Origin: the human T2T-CHM13v2.0 reference genome, Homo sapiens
DNA: 64,000 nucleotides
NCBI RefSeq assembly: GCF_009914755.1
Contig: NC_060934.1
Direction: 5' to 3' (one strand)
A program made the translations under genes and the position numbers. Below are positions 36,440-49,600 of the stretch, one piece after another. The notes below the pieces were generated by a model. The model was not told the DNA's origin and searched no databases. It saw nothing but the letters and a program-made list of their open reading frames with translations. Numbering within the stretch: position 1 is the first letter of the stretch; every line of letters starts with the position of its first letter.

Positions 36440-39017
36440 TATCAAATACAAAGTAAAGGGGTGGAGAAAGATCTATCAAATAGAAAACAATAGGGAGCAA
36501 GTGTTGCTAGTCTAATTTCAGACAAAACAGATTTTGAGCCAGCAATGATCAAAAAGGACAAAGAAGCGCATTAGATAATAAAGGGTACAACTCAACAAGA
36601 ATCTATAACTATCCTAATTATATATGCATCCAATACTGGAGCACCTGAATTCATAAAACAAATTCTTAGAGACCTACAAATAGACTTATACACAGTATAC
36701 ACAAATCAATAAATGTGATGTGATTCAGCATATAAACAGAACTAAAACCAAAACCTACATGATTATCTCAATAGATGCAGAAAAGGCTTTCCATAAAATT
36801 CAACATCTCTTCATGTTAAACCCTCAACAAACTAGGCACTGAAGGAACATACCTCAAAATAACAAAAGTCATCTATGGCAGACGCACAGACAACATAATG
36901 AGAGGACAAAAGCTGGAAGCATTCCTCCTGAGAACCAGAACAAGACAAGGATGCCCACTCTCGTCACTCCTATTCAACATAGCTCTGGAGCCTTAGCCAG
37001 GGCAATCAATCAAGAGAAACAAATAAAAAAGGCATCTGAATAAGAAGAGAGGAAGCCATACTATCCTCTTTACAAACAATGTGATTCTATAACTGGAAAA
37101 CCCCGGAGGTTCTGCCCAGAGGCTCCTGGATTGAAGAAACAATTTTAGCAAAATTTCAGGATACAAAATCAATGTACAAAAGTCAGTAACATTTCTATAT
37201 GCCAACAACATCCAAGCTGAGAGTCAAATCAAGGACACAGTTCCATTCACAACAGCCACAAAATGAACAAGATACCTAGGGATGCAGCTCACCAGGCAGG
37301 TGAAAGATCTTTATAACAAGAATTACGAAACACTTCTGAAATAAAACAGAGATGACACAAGCAAACGGAAAAGAAATTCATGCTCATGGATAGGAAGAAT
37401 CAATGTTAAAATGGCTATACTGCCCAAAGCAATTATAGATTTAATGCTATTTCTATCAAATTGTCAATGACATTTTTCACAGAATTCAAAAAACTATTCT
37501 AAAATTAATATGCAATCAAAAAAGAGCCTGAATAGCAAGAGCAATCCTAAGCAAAAATAAAGCAGGAGAAATCATACTACCCAATAAACTATATTACAAA
37601 GCTACAGTAACTAAAATAGAATAGTGCTGTGACAAAAATAGACACATAGACCAATAGAAGAGGTTAAAGAACCCAGAAATAAAGCTGCACACCTCCAACC
37701 ACCTGATCTTTGACAAAATTGACAATAAAAAGCAATGGGGAAAGGACTCCCCTAGTCAATAAACAATGCTGGGATAACTGGCTAGATATACACAGAAGAT
37801 TGAAACTGGACCCCTTCCTTACTCCATATTCAAAAACCAACTCAATGTGGATTAAAACACTTAAATGTAAAACCTAAAACTATAGAATCCTTAGAAGAAA
37901 TCCTAGGAAATACTATTCTGGACATATACCCTGGCAAAGATTTCATAAGCAGATGCCAAAGCAATGGTAACAAAAACAAAAATTGACAAGTGAGACCTAA
38001 TTAAACTAAAGACCTTATGCACAGCAAAAGAAGCTATCAACAGAGTAAACAGAAAATCTATAGAATGGGAGAAAATATTTGCAAACTCTGCATTGGCAAA
38101 GGCCTAACTTCCAGAATCTATAAGGAACTTAAAGAAATCAATCAAACACACAAAACCAAATAATCCCGTTAGAAAATGTGCAAAGGACATGAGCAGACAC
38201 TTGTCAAAGTTACACATATAGGAGCCCAACCAGCAGATGAAGAAATGTTCATCACTAATCATTAGAGAATTGCAAATCAAAATCACAGTGAGATACCATC
38301 TCAAACCTGTCAAAATGGCTATTACTAAAAAGTCAAAAATTAACACAGGCTGACGAGGTTAGGGAGAAAAGTAAATGCTTATACCCTGCTGGTGGCAATG
38401 TAAATCTGTTCAGCTGTTGTGGAAAGCAGTGTGGTGATTTCTCAAAGAGCTCAAAGCAGAATTACCATTCAATCCAGCAATCCCATTATTGAGTATATAT
38501 CCAAAGCAATATAAATCATTCTACCATAAAGACACATGCACTACATGTGTGTTCATGGCAGCGCTGTTCACAATAACAAAGACATGGAATCAACCTAAAT
38601 TCCCATCAACAGCAGACAGGATAGAGAAAATGTACATATATACAGCATAGAACACTATGCAGCCATAGAGAAGAATGAGATCATGCCCTTTGCAGTGACA
38701 GGGTTGAAGCTGGAGGTCATCATCTTAAGGAAATTAACACAGGAACAGAAAAGCAAATACCATATATTCTTCTTCAGAAGTGGGAACTAAACATTGAGTA
38801 CACATGGACACAAAGAAGGGAACAACAGTCACCGGGACCTTCTTGAGGGTGGAGGTGGGAGGAGGGCGAGGATTGAAATGCTACCTGTTGGGTACTATGC
38901 TCATTATCTGATGACAAAATAATTTGTACATCAAACCTCAGTGACACAGAATTTACCCATTTAACAAACCTGCCCATGGACCCATTGAACCTAAAATAAA
39001 ACTTAAAAGGAAAAAAA
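36440..39017 (+). mobile_element. Older primate L1 (L1PA15/16/PB-like): EN fragment joined to RT-through-3'UTR, flanked by older L1M pieces (~36060-36420, ~39020-39930, ~40050-40660)
   Basis: Continuous degenerate ORF2 from ~36700 to an A-rich end at ~39017. EN-region sequence at 36440-36695. Confidence 0.85.
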
Positions 39018-41101
39018 GAATATGTAAATAACTCTTATAACTAAGCCATAAAAAGACAGATAACCTACTTTAAAATAGGAAAAGCATTTGAGTAGGTGTT
39101 TTTCCAAAGAAGTTATACAAACAGCTAAAAGTCAAATAAAAGAAGCTAAACATCAGTAGTCAATAGAAAATTCAAATCAAAACCAGAGTGAGATACCACT
39201 TCACATCCACTAGGATGGCAATAAGAATGAGGAGAATTAGACAATAACAGGTGTTGATGAGAATGTGCAGAAATTCAAGTCCTCATACTTGCTAATGGTA
39301 ATGTAAAATTATACAGGCAACTGTGAACATTGTCTGGCAGTTTCTTAAAAAGTCAAACAGAATTATATGACTCAGCAGTTCCTCAACCAATTGAATGAGT
39401 CACCATATGATTCATAGGTGTATACCTGAAGAAGTGAAAACATATACCCACAAAAAACCTTATACATGAGTATTCATAACAGCATTATTCATAATAGATA
39501 AAATGTGGCCACTACTCAGTGACCATCATCCTATGAATGGACAAACAAAAATGTTATATCCGTATAAGGAAATGCTATTCAGCTGTAAAATGGAATGACG
39601 GACCGTTGTGTGCTACAACATGGATGAACGTTGAGAACATTATACTAAGTGAAAGAAGCCAAATGCAAGGCCACATGTATTTTTATTGCATTGATATGAA
39701 ATTTCCAGATTGGGCAAATCTACAGAAAGAGAAAGTCTTCCAAAGGATAGAGAAAGGTAGAATGGATAAGGGGTTACTTTTTGGGATGATCAAAATGTCC
39801 TGGAATTTAATAGAGATTGACAACTCTGAATATACTAAAATTCTCTACGTTGTATACTTCAAAAATTACGTGAAGTGTGAACTTTATGGTATGTGAATTA
39901 CAACTCAAGGCTAATTTTTTGAAAAATAAAAAGGAGGTAAATATTCAATAGGTGAGGGATGAATTTTTTAAAACTATTAAAGATATGTTTAATTTCTCAG
40001 ATGATGTGAAAATTATAAGATTTTTTAACTAACAACTAATAAAATAGAAAAGTAAAGCAAAAATATCTTTAACTCAGGTTAGTTAGGGAAGGAAATGAAA
40101 GAAGAAATGCAAAAAGTTGAAACAAAGAGTATAAAATGGTAAGGTGGTAAAATTGAACCCTAAAGTAACAAAAGATTAAATATGTTTGGGCTAAATACGC
40201 AATTGAAAGACAAAGATAGACTGGATGAAAAGTTATACATACACACCCCAAAACCCAACTGTATGGTACTTAAAAAATAAACATGTTAAATAAAAGGATT
40301 CAACAAGTTTGAAAATAGTATGGTAAAAAGATAATATACTATCCCAAGACCAAAACAAGCAAGCTGGCATAACAATATAAATATCTGAGAAAATAGACAT
40401 TAGGTCAAAATTACTACAGAGACAACAATTCATTTTATAATGATAAATAAAATAGTCATTACACCAAGTACGATAGTACCAAGTTTGGGTATCTCTTATA
40501 ACTTATTTAATATATAAATAAATATTTGGCAGTGATCAGAAATCACAGATATAAATAGAAAAACTCACAATGGAAATGGGAGATGTTAAGACACTTTGCA
40601 GAGGAGAAAATGAATAGACAAAACAGTAAATACATAGAATTAATGCGATTAGCAAACTTGAACTAATGCATATCTCTTGTACTCTATACTGGTGCTATCC
40701 AATGGAAATATAAGGCAAGCCATGTGTGTAATTTTAAATTTTCTAGTAGCCACAACATACAAAAACAAAAATAAATGGGTGAGATGATTTCTATAATACA
40801 TTAACTTATTTTCATTAATATATACAAATCTTTTCAACGTGTAATCAATATAAAGTTGAGATATTTATGTCTTTTTTAAAATAATCTTCAAAATCCAGTG
40901 TGAATATTACATACTACATTGTAATTTAAAAACTAAAATCCCATTGGAATTAGTTGTTCTCTGGACTTCCTAAAATTTACATTTGAAAAAGTGGATTCAT
41001 ATACTCAGGTTATTTCAAATATACTTAAAAGTCCAGTACCAAAAATGAAAAACTGGGTCATCTTTTTAGAAGAATCATTTTTACCTTGAAACAAAAGCAT
41101 A

Positions 41102-41576
41102 CATGATCCTTAATTTTAAGTTTCAACTTGACTGGGTTAAGGGATACTGGGGTAGCTGGTCAAGTGTTATGTCTGGGTATGTGAGGGTGTTTCTGGAAGA
41201 GAATGATATTTGAATCATTGGACTAAAAAGGGAAGATCTGTCCTCACCAAGTGAGCAGGCACCATTCAATTCGTTGAGGAACAAAAAGACAGCGGGAAGG
41301 TGAATTTGGCTTGAACGAGCAGCCACTCAGATTCCCTGGCCTGTGGACTTGGACTAAATTATGCCATCAGCTTCTCATGTTCTCCAGGTTACACATGGCA
41401 TATCGTGGAACTTCTCAGCCTCCATAATTATGTGAGCCGATTCCCACAATGTCTGTCTGTCTATCCCTCATCTCTCTCTCTCTCTCTGCCTCTCTGTATC
41501 ATCTATCTATTAGTCATCATCATCATCTATCTATATCCTATTGTTACTGTTTCTCTGGAGATTCTTGACTAATATA
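41102..41576 (+). mobile_element. MLT2 (ERVL) solo LTR inside the Charlie fossil
   Basis: TTAATTTT..TCAACTTGACTGGG..GAGGGTGTTTCTGGAAGAGA...TGTTTCTCTGGAGA..TGACTAATATA. Perfect 5-bp TSD GCATA at 41097-41101 and 41577-41581. Confidence 0.85.
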
Positions 41577-42241
41577 GCATATCCGTTTCAAAATTACATT
41601 TGTACAAGTCAAATATATTCCTTAGCGCTTGCATTAAGTTGGTATTATTGACATCAATTTCAAAGGGATACATCATAAATTGAAAAGCAACTCTAAATTT
41701 ATCAATGTCAACAAAACATTCTTCACATTTTTCTTGTAGATCTGCAGCCAATTACATAATCTTATCAATTGGATTTAAATTAACCTGCATGTTGATTTGT
41801 GTTTGAAAAATGTTTCATCATTATTATTGATTTGTATTATGAAAAGTTTCCATTTCAAAATAGATTTTAGTACTTGTCACCTTTGTGACCAAGGTCATAA
41901 ATAAACTTTTCTTTATTTCTTGAAGCTTCATATTTAGCTTGTTCATCACATTGTGATATCAGTGAGAAACTACAAATCACAATGCCTGTTTTGTTTTCAC
42001 TGATTATTGTCTATTTGGCAAGCATTCCTTTTTGTCAAGAAAAGCTTGAATTGGAGTTAATAGTACAGTAGATGTTCATAGAACCCTTCCCTCATCAACC
42101 AAAAAGTATTGACAAAGCATCCCCAATCATTGAAGTCATTGCCTTCTGCTTCTTTCAGTGGTTCCTTGAGCTGGAGTTGATTCATAGCATTACTATGCAA
42201 ATCCTGAATGACTTTATCAACTGAATCCATGAAACTTTCTA

Positions 42242-42276
42242 TTAGGTTGGTGCAAAAGTAATTGTGGTTTTTGCCA
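42242..42276. mobile_element. Half MADE1 (Hsmar1 MITE)
   Basis: TA then TTAGGTTGGTGCAAAAGTAATTGTGGTTTTTGCCA, the mariner TIR. Confidence 0.8.
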
Positions 42277-42875
42277 GTATACGGAGTCTTGTTCAGAAAG
42301 CAAATCGTATCTATTTTAACATATCACGCAGTGGAATGAGGCAATAAGAAAAACATCGATCTTTTGTTTAAAAATTCCAAGGAATCTAATCGCAATCTAA
42401 CATTAATGTGCAGTACTACTTTTGTTGTAATAGAAAATACTTTTCAAAAATCTAGCTGAAATTCTTCTTTGAAAATTATACGAATAAGAAATATGCCCCA
42501 AGTAAGGTTTTCAGGTTATGACTTGACAACTTTTTTTTGTTTCTGTGCATTTTGATGTAATTTGAGACCTAATATGCTCTAATACGAGGCACTGGGGAGT
42601 TATTCTTAGAGCATAAATCAATATAAAGCTAAATAAAAGTATTGCAAGTTTTCAATTTTGAACCAATTTGTTGTTGTGAGAAAGATCTTATATTCTATGG
42701 GCAATTATTGGGCAGCTTGACTGATGATCTTTCATTTCTTTTCCAGCCTATGTCTTCATTTCATTGTTTCTGTATTTACCCTGTTAGAGGATAATACCTA
42801 CTTCTTAAAGTAACTTAATCCTGATATTATCTGTCCTCAGCATACTGCTGGGTAAATTAGCATTCAACCAATTCT

Positions 42876-43403
42876 ATATACAGAGAGTATAGTATATATA
42901 TACACTATACTATATATTATATATATACCATATATATACTATCTATTATGTATATACTATATATACTATATATTATGTATATACTATATACTATACTATA
43001 TATTATATAATATATATAATATATATTATATATACTATATACTATATTATATATTATATGTACTATGTAAACTATACTATATATTATATATACTATATAT
43101 ACTATGCTATATATTATATATACTATATATTATATATTATACTATATATTATATATACTATACTATATATTATATAGTATACAATTTATTATACTATACT
43201 ATATATACTATATACTATATATACTATATACTAGATAGTATATATATACTATCTAGTATATATAGTATAGTATATATATACTATATATACACACATACTA
43301 TACAGAATTGGTTGAATGCTAATTTACATATATAGTATATATATACACACACATACTATATATACTATACTATATATACTATACTATAGTATAGTATATA
43401 TAC
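42876..43403. repeat. AT-rich degenerate (TATAC/TATAT)n array with embedded palindromes
   Basis: Direct read. Confidence 0.9.
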
Positions 43404-43690
43404 TATATATACCGTATATAGTATATATAGTGTCGTATATATACCGTATATAGTATATATAGTGTCGTATATATACCATATATAGTATATATAGTGTCGT
43501 ATATATACCGTGTATAGTATATATAGTGTCGTATATGTACCGTGTATAGTATATATAGTGTCGTATATGTACCGTGTATAGTATATATAGTGTCGTATAT
43601 GTACCGTGTATAGTATATATAGTGTCGTATATGTACTGTGTATAGTATATATAGTGTCGTATATATACTGTGTATAGTATATATATAGTA
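43404..43690. repeat. 32-bp minisatellite, about 9 copies (ACCGTRTATAGTATATATAGTGTCGTATATRT)
   Basis: Unit starts at 43411, 43443, 43475, 43507, 43539, 43571, 43603, 43635 and 43667. Confidence 0.95.
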
Positions 43691-43764
43691 TGGTAGTATA
43701 TATATACCTTATATATACTGTATATATACTTAATTGTGTATATATATATGTACTTAAATGAAGG

Positions 43765-44139
43765 TATATTAGTCTGTTCTCATGCTGCTGATAAAGACAT
43801 ACCCAGGACTCAGTAATTTATACATAAAAGAGGTTTAATTGACTCACAGTTCAGCATGGCTTGAGAGGCCTCAGGAAACTTACAATCATGGCAGAAGGGG
43901 AAGCAAACGTTTCCTTTTCACATGGCAGCAAGGAGAAGTGCCAAGCAAAAGGGGGAAATGCCCCTTATAAAGCCACTGGATCTCGTGAGATCTCATTCAC
44001 TATCAAGAGAACAGTAGCATGGGAGTAACTGTCCCCATGATTCAGTCGCCTCCCACCAGGTCCCTCCCAAAGCATGTGGGGATTATGGGAACTACAATTC
44101 AAGATGAGATATTGGTGGGGATACAGCCAAAACATATCA
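43765..44139 (-). mobile_element. THE1 (C/D-like) MaLR solo LTR
   Basis: 375 bp with typical THE1 sequence. Perfect 5-bp TSD GAAGG at 43760-43764 and 44140-44144. Confidence 0.9.
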
Positions 44140-44954
44140 GAAGGAGAACCATCAAATCATGCTGAACAGAGGGTATATGACAGAGACCTTGGAATTGTAA
44201 GGGAACAACATTTTAAAAATTATGCTTCATGGGGTCTGCAGTTATGACATAAACAATATTATTGTTTCTTTAGTTGGGATGCATTGCACATTTATTGTGC
44301 AAAAGTGGGTACCCATTATATACTTTGGTCGGACATAACTATTCTCAGCTACAGAAACATCAAACTCTCTCACCTGAACCGAAGGATTTTCATCTGTATT
44401 CCATTAATTTGTCTAAGGGGGATACTTGATGAATTAGTTCTGCCTGACACTACTGCCTTATCTGTACCATATGCTGTGATTCTGCTGGGACCCGATTTCT
44501 ATGAGCCCTCAACTGTCAGGAGGCAGTCTCTCCATCAGATTTGGAAGAGCTGAGCTGAATACAGCTAGTAATTCTAACTTTTTAGCTTGAGAGATGTGAA
44601 AAATTGAGAATTTGACACATTCAGTCATAAAATACAGTTTCAGTGATATATAACTCGGGGTGTGGATGAGATATTATTAGTTCAAAGGATGATCATTTCT
44701 TAAGGAAACAGACTGAGGCACATTTTTACTTGCAAACTGCATGGCATGGCTCTTTGAGGCAAATTGGTAGTGAAAACAACATGCTGAAGCTAATGCCAGA
44801 GACATAGTTATCCTCCATAGTTTTATAGTGGGGAGGAAAAATATTGGATAGAGAATTGGGTTTGGAATGAAAAAAATTGAATTAGAATTTTGCTACCTAC
44901 CAACCTACTGCTGACCTTACGCTAAAGTTGTTTCTTTCTTGAATATTTAATTAA

Positions 44955-45550
44955 ATTTAATTTTTAATTGACAAATAATAATTGCACATATTTATGGGGT
45001 ACATGGTAATGCTTTTATCTTTTTTAAAAATTTTGTGGGTCCATAGTAGGTGTATATATTTATGAGTTACATATGATGTTTTGATACAGGCATGAAATGA
45101 GAAATCACGTCATAGAGAATGGGGTATCCATTCCTTCAAGAATTTATCCTTTGTGTTAAAAACAGTCCAATTACATTCTTTTAGTTATTTTAAAATGTAC
45201 AATTAAGTTATTATCGGCTGTAGTCACCCCAGTGTGCTGTCAAGTAGTAGGTATTATTGTTTCTTTCTATTTTTTTTATACTCATTAACTATCCCTACAT
45301 TTCGTCTAGACTCCCACTACCTTTTCCAGCCTCTGGTAACACCATCCTTCTATTCTGCATGTCTGTGTGTTCAATTGTTTTGATTTTATATGGTGTGTAA
45401 TGATCAGAACAGGGTAATTAGGGTGTTCACCATCTCAAGCATTTATCACGGCTTTGCATTGGGAACATTCAATATCCTCCTCCTATGTAAACTATATGGT
45501 ATATTATTGTTATCTATACTCATTCTACAGTGATGTAAAATACTAGGACC
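44955..45550 (-). mobile_element. L1MA 3' end (~45015-45390) nested in another L1MA 3' end
   Basis: Two successive 3'-UTR termini; the outer element resumes at ~45390. Confidence 0.65.
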
Positions 45551-48500
45551 TTCTTTATATCCAGAAATAGAAAAAGAAGTAATAGACTAGGGAAAGATTA
45601 GCAGAAGTGGACAGAGTGAGGAGGATAAACTTGGCCTAGGGGGAGTCTTAAGCTTAGTCTAGTCCAGATAATAGTTTCTGCAGGCTGTTTTGTTCTTCTT
45701 CTAAGAAGATATCATAATTCTCTATTTTATACTTACTTGAGATGCTACCATATCTTGTCCCCAGGTAGAGTTTAGCATGACTTTACAGAGTCAGACAGTA
45801 TACCTGGCCGTACTTGTCCTACTGTAATTACTGGCTTAAGAACACATTTCTCCTATTACGTTGTGAGCCCATTAGAGAAAAAGTGTGCCTTTCCTATCTC
45901 AGGCCCTCCGAGCTTTAGTCCAGTGTTTGGAACAAAAGAGCTTGCCTAATGTAAATTTCCAAATTCAGAGAAAGAAATGCAGTTTAATCTTAAAAACAAT
46001 TATTTTGTACTAAGAATGTAATAAATCAAAGACAGCTGAACTGACAAGGTAGTATGAGAGACTAATATTATATTGAGTATGTTTCTGTTTGTTTTAGATT
46101 TTTTAAAAATGAAGATATATTTTGTAATCTGGGTTTTGGGCTTGTATTGCAAATCAGAATTAAGAAAAACAAATGCATTGGAAATTACAGGATTTAAGGT
46201 TTGTTCTATTACCATAAATCTAAATTTAACATTGTTCTGTCATTGTTAAATGAACCAGAGTTTCTTTTGTTTTTATGCTTGCCTGTTGAATTCAGTGGAG
46301 ATTGATTCTCACAGAGGTGATTCATGGAGCATAATTTTTTTTAGTGAAGAGATGGCAACCAGAGTAGAAACTTGGGCTCCTTCAATGTGGTGCCTTTACC
46401 TTTTATTCAGAGTCTTTAAATAACAACACTCACCAATATTTAAGAATTTATAGTATCTCTTTTATTTTCTCTGCTTACTTCATTTTTATAAAAGATGGGA
46501 GGGAATTTTTACCAAAATATATCTACTTACCAGACCATATTTATACCTCTGTAACTGAAATTTATTATATATAGGGTTCTCTACAGTATATCTGTAGTAG
46601 TGTTATGGGCCACTATTGTTAAAAGGTACTATACTGAACAGGCACCGTTCCAGGTGCTGGGGGAAATGACAAAAAAGTATTTGCTTAGGTGAGATAGTCA
46701 AAGACAGATTGAAAGTAAGTAGAGACTGTGTGAACAGGTGAAAAGGTGGTGTTGGTGTTTAATACTGAGAAATGTATGGCATGAACTAGCTGGTTAAAAG
46801 TATTCTAAAAAGAGTTGACAGATTTTGTAAAAACAGGGATCAATGAAGAGTCCTAGGTTAACTGTACAGTGGTGTTAAGTAACCTGTGACAGAATGGTAG
46901 GCTCCATGGGGAAAAATGAGATAGGTAAAGGCTAGGATGGGGGCTATATTAATTAGGGCCCAGGCGGGAAACAGCTGGCACAAAGAATTTAATCAGAGAC
47001 TTTACTGCAAAGACTACAAAGGATTGAGTGATGCACTGAAAGACCAGCAACACCTAAATCCAAAGGGACAAGGGAAGGAGACCAGATTGCCCCATCCAAA
47101 AGAAAAGGCTTTAAAAGAGACCAGCTCCCACAGTGAGTCAGGGAGGAAAGGGATTGGAGTTGTGGAAATAAATACTGTGAACTCTTTCCTCTCACTTTCC
47201 AATCTCTTGTCAGTGTCTCACACAGGCCAAATCTAATTCAAGGTCAGAAGGCTAATGGAACCTTTACTGAGTAAAGGTCCTCACAGTTGGGACTATTTTG
47301 CAAAGAGTAGGGTCATAAAAGAGACAGGAAATGAAGGAAAGGATGTGCTTAGATTTGCTTTTTTACTGACGTTATTGGTAACAGAGACTGATTTAAGTAG
47401 GGCATGATTTTATGCACGGGAGCCGCTTCATTGTTGAAATCTTCTGAGTAAGTGATGAATAAGGAGCAGTGTTAGAAAGGACAATTGAAGGGATAACTAT
47501 ATTTAAACGCTGAATTGTGATACATTCGTGGTGTAAAGGCAATACAGTATGATGATTAATTGGAAATGCATGTTGAAAAACAAAAAGCAGCTAGATAAAG
47601 AGGACCATTAGCTTTAAACTTGCAAACCTGGATTGTCAGAAGTCCAATTAGGAATGTTCTGTGAACACAGGAGATAATCCATCTTAGTTTTGAATTCTTT
47701 AGTTTAAGAAAACCAGAAGACATCCAAATAGCTGTTCTTCATCTCCTAAATTTGGTCTTAAGATCTTTCATTGTGTGGCCCAGGCTTCTTGTTTTGGACT
47801 CAGTCAGCAGCCTACTTCTCTTATCCATGCAATTAATCCATCTGTTCTTCCAATATGACTCTATTTTGTGCCACTGTGCCTTCTTTAAACGATCTCGTAA
47901 TCATCTTTCCAAACTGAGTTCAAGATCAACTTTCCTTGATGGCTCTCTCTAGTCTGATCCCACAGTCCCTTCTCCGGGTATTATCTATATTACAGTGCAT
48001 GTCCCAGAATACCATCAGTATTAATTCACTTAACTCCCGCATGAGTCTGTAAGCATCTCAAGGGAAACGACACTGACTAATTTACTTTTTAGTCAACATC
48101 TATTTTAGTGCTCGTCTCAGATTAGGCCATGAGAAGAGAAGGATACCTTGAATGATAAAAAGAAAAAGTTGAAACACATAATATTTGGACAAAAGAGAAT
48201 AGTTCATTTATGTTAAGGAGATGCTGAAGACAAGGGCAAAAGAGATACAGTAACAATAATAACATCTTTCAGATAAAATTAGTTCTCTTTTCTAAGCTGC
48301 TTAGATACAGTTTTAATACTTCTGTGGATTATTCCCTTATGAGTTATATTCTTAACTCATGCACAGATATGTTACTTTTATTAACCTTGGTTATATTTTT
48401 CATGAGTATGTAGGAAGTTTCTTATAAAAAAAGAAGAAAGACACAGAAAAATGTCTTGAGCTAGAATTTGGGGAAATTCCTAGGTTTAAAATTACATTTT

Positions 48501-49508
48501 CTCATATCTACTTTAAAGTAAATATCTAAATTTCCTGCTGGTGTTTACCTTTTATTCCCTTTTAAATTAAATACAAAATTTTCTAACTGAACATTTGCTA
48601 GGATGTGATGAACTGAAAGTATTCTAGTGACTTAATGAGAAAATAAAGATTTTTAAAAGTAAACAATTTTTACTTAATATATTTTTTAAAATTAAGTCAT
48701 TAAGTTCAAGATTTTAATATTTTTATCAATAAAATTCTAAAATATGTAAATTATGAACAATCTATATGTCTGTCAATATAATCAACATTGTTTCAAAGCT
48801 CAGGGTAGAAATGAAATGCAATGATATAATTTTATGAAGTGGGAAAATATGCTCTTAAATTATCCTGAATTTGACTCATTTGGATTAGACCCGTTCACTA
48901 TTCATGTTCAAATCAAAGTTTCCTTTCAACAGTATTTAAACTGTTAAAGCTTGTAAAATTTCCATCTCACTGCTAGCATTGCCTTAGAATAAATTCCAGT
49001 TGTGACATTTTGTACTCATGTTATTATAAAAACAGTGATAGGCCACAAAACACTGTGGTGATATTTGTTTACCTTCTGAAATACTTCCAGCATTATCTGC
49101 ATCTTTTATATATTCAGAATTTAGATTGGCCTTTCCATCACAGGCCATGATGCTATAAATAACCGATAAAGGCAGTTGCTGATGAGCAAAGCTGTAGGGC
49201 AATGTAAAGGTCAAAGAATGATAATTCATGATCATCTTAACAAAGTACATATACCACGCATTAAAATACAGAAACTGAACTCTGGTGGCAAAACACAGGA
49301 AAGAAATGGCACCACGTGAATTCCCTCATGTAAATGTGACTGTGAGGAGGTTAAGAACTAGAACAAACTTATCTGTTTTTCCATTGAATGTTTATATCCA
49401 AGGGTCGGCTTTTTCTGTATAACACATTACAGTGGATAGTTTTAGACCTTATAGCTATTTTTATGCTCTATTAATTAACCTCTGGTTCAGTACAGGGCAC
49501 AGAGGAAT

Positions 49509-49543
49509 GTGTATATATATATATATATATATATATGTGTATA

Positions 49544-49577
<34 letters not shown>

Positions 49578-49600
49578 TTTGTGTATATGTATATGTATAA
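49509..49600. repeat. Compound (TA)n(TG)n(AG)n microsatellite
   Basis: Direct read. Confidence 0.9.

Larger units (their letters stand above)
40688..42850. mobile_element. hAT-Charlie transposon fossil (Charlie5/MER33-like end plus minus-strand transposase remnants)
   Basis: GTGCTATCCAATGGAAATATAAGGCAAGCCA...TTTTCTAGTAGCCACA end. The ORF 41569-41751 peptide (CFVDIDKFRVAFQFMMYPFE) resembles hAT transposase. The right boundary is uncertain. Confidence 0.6.
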
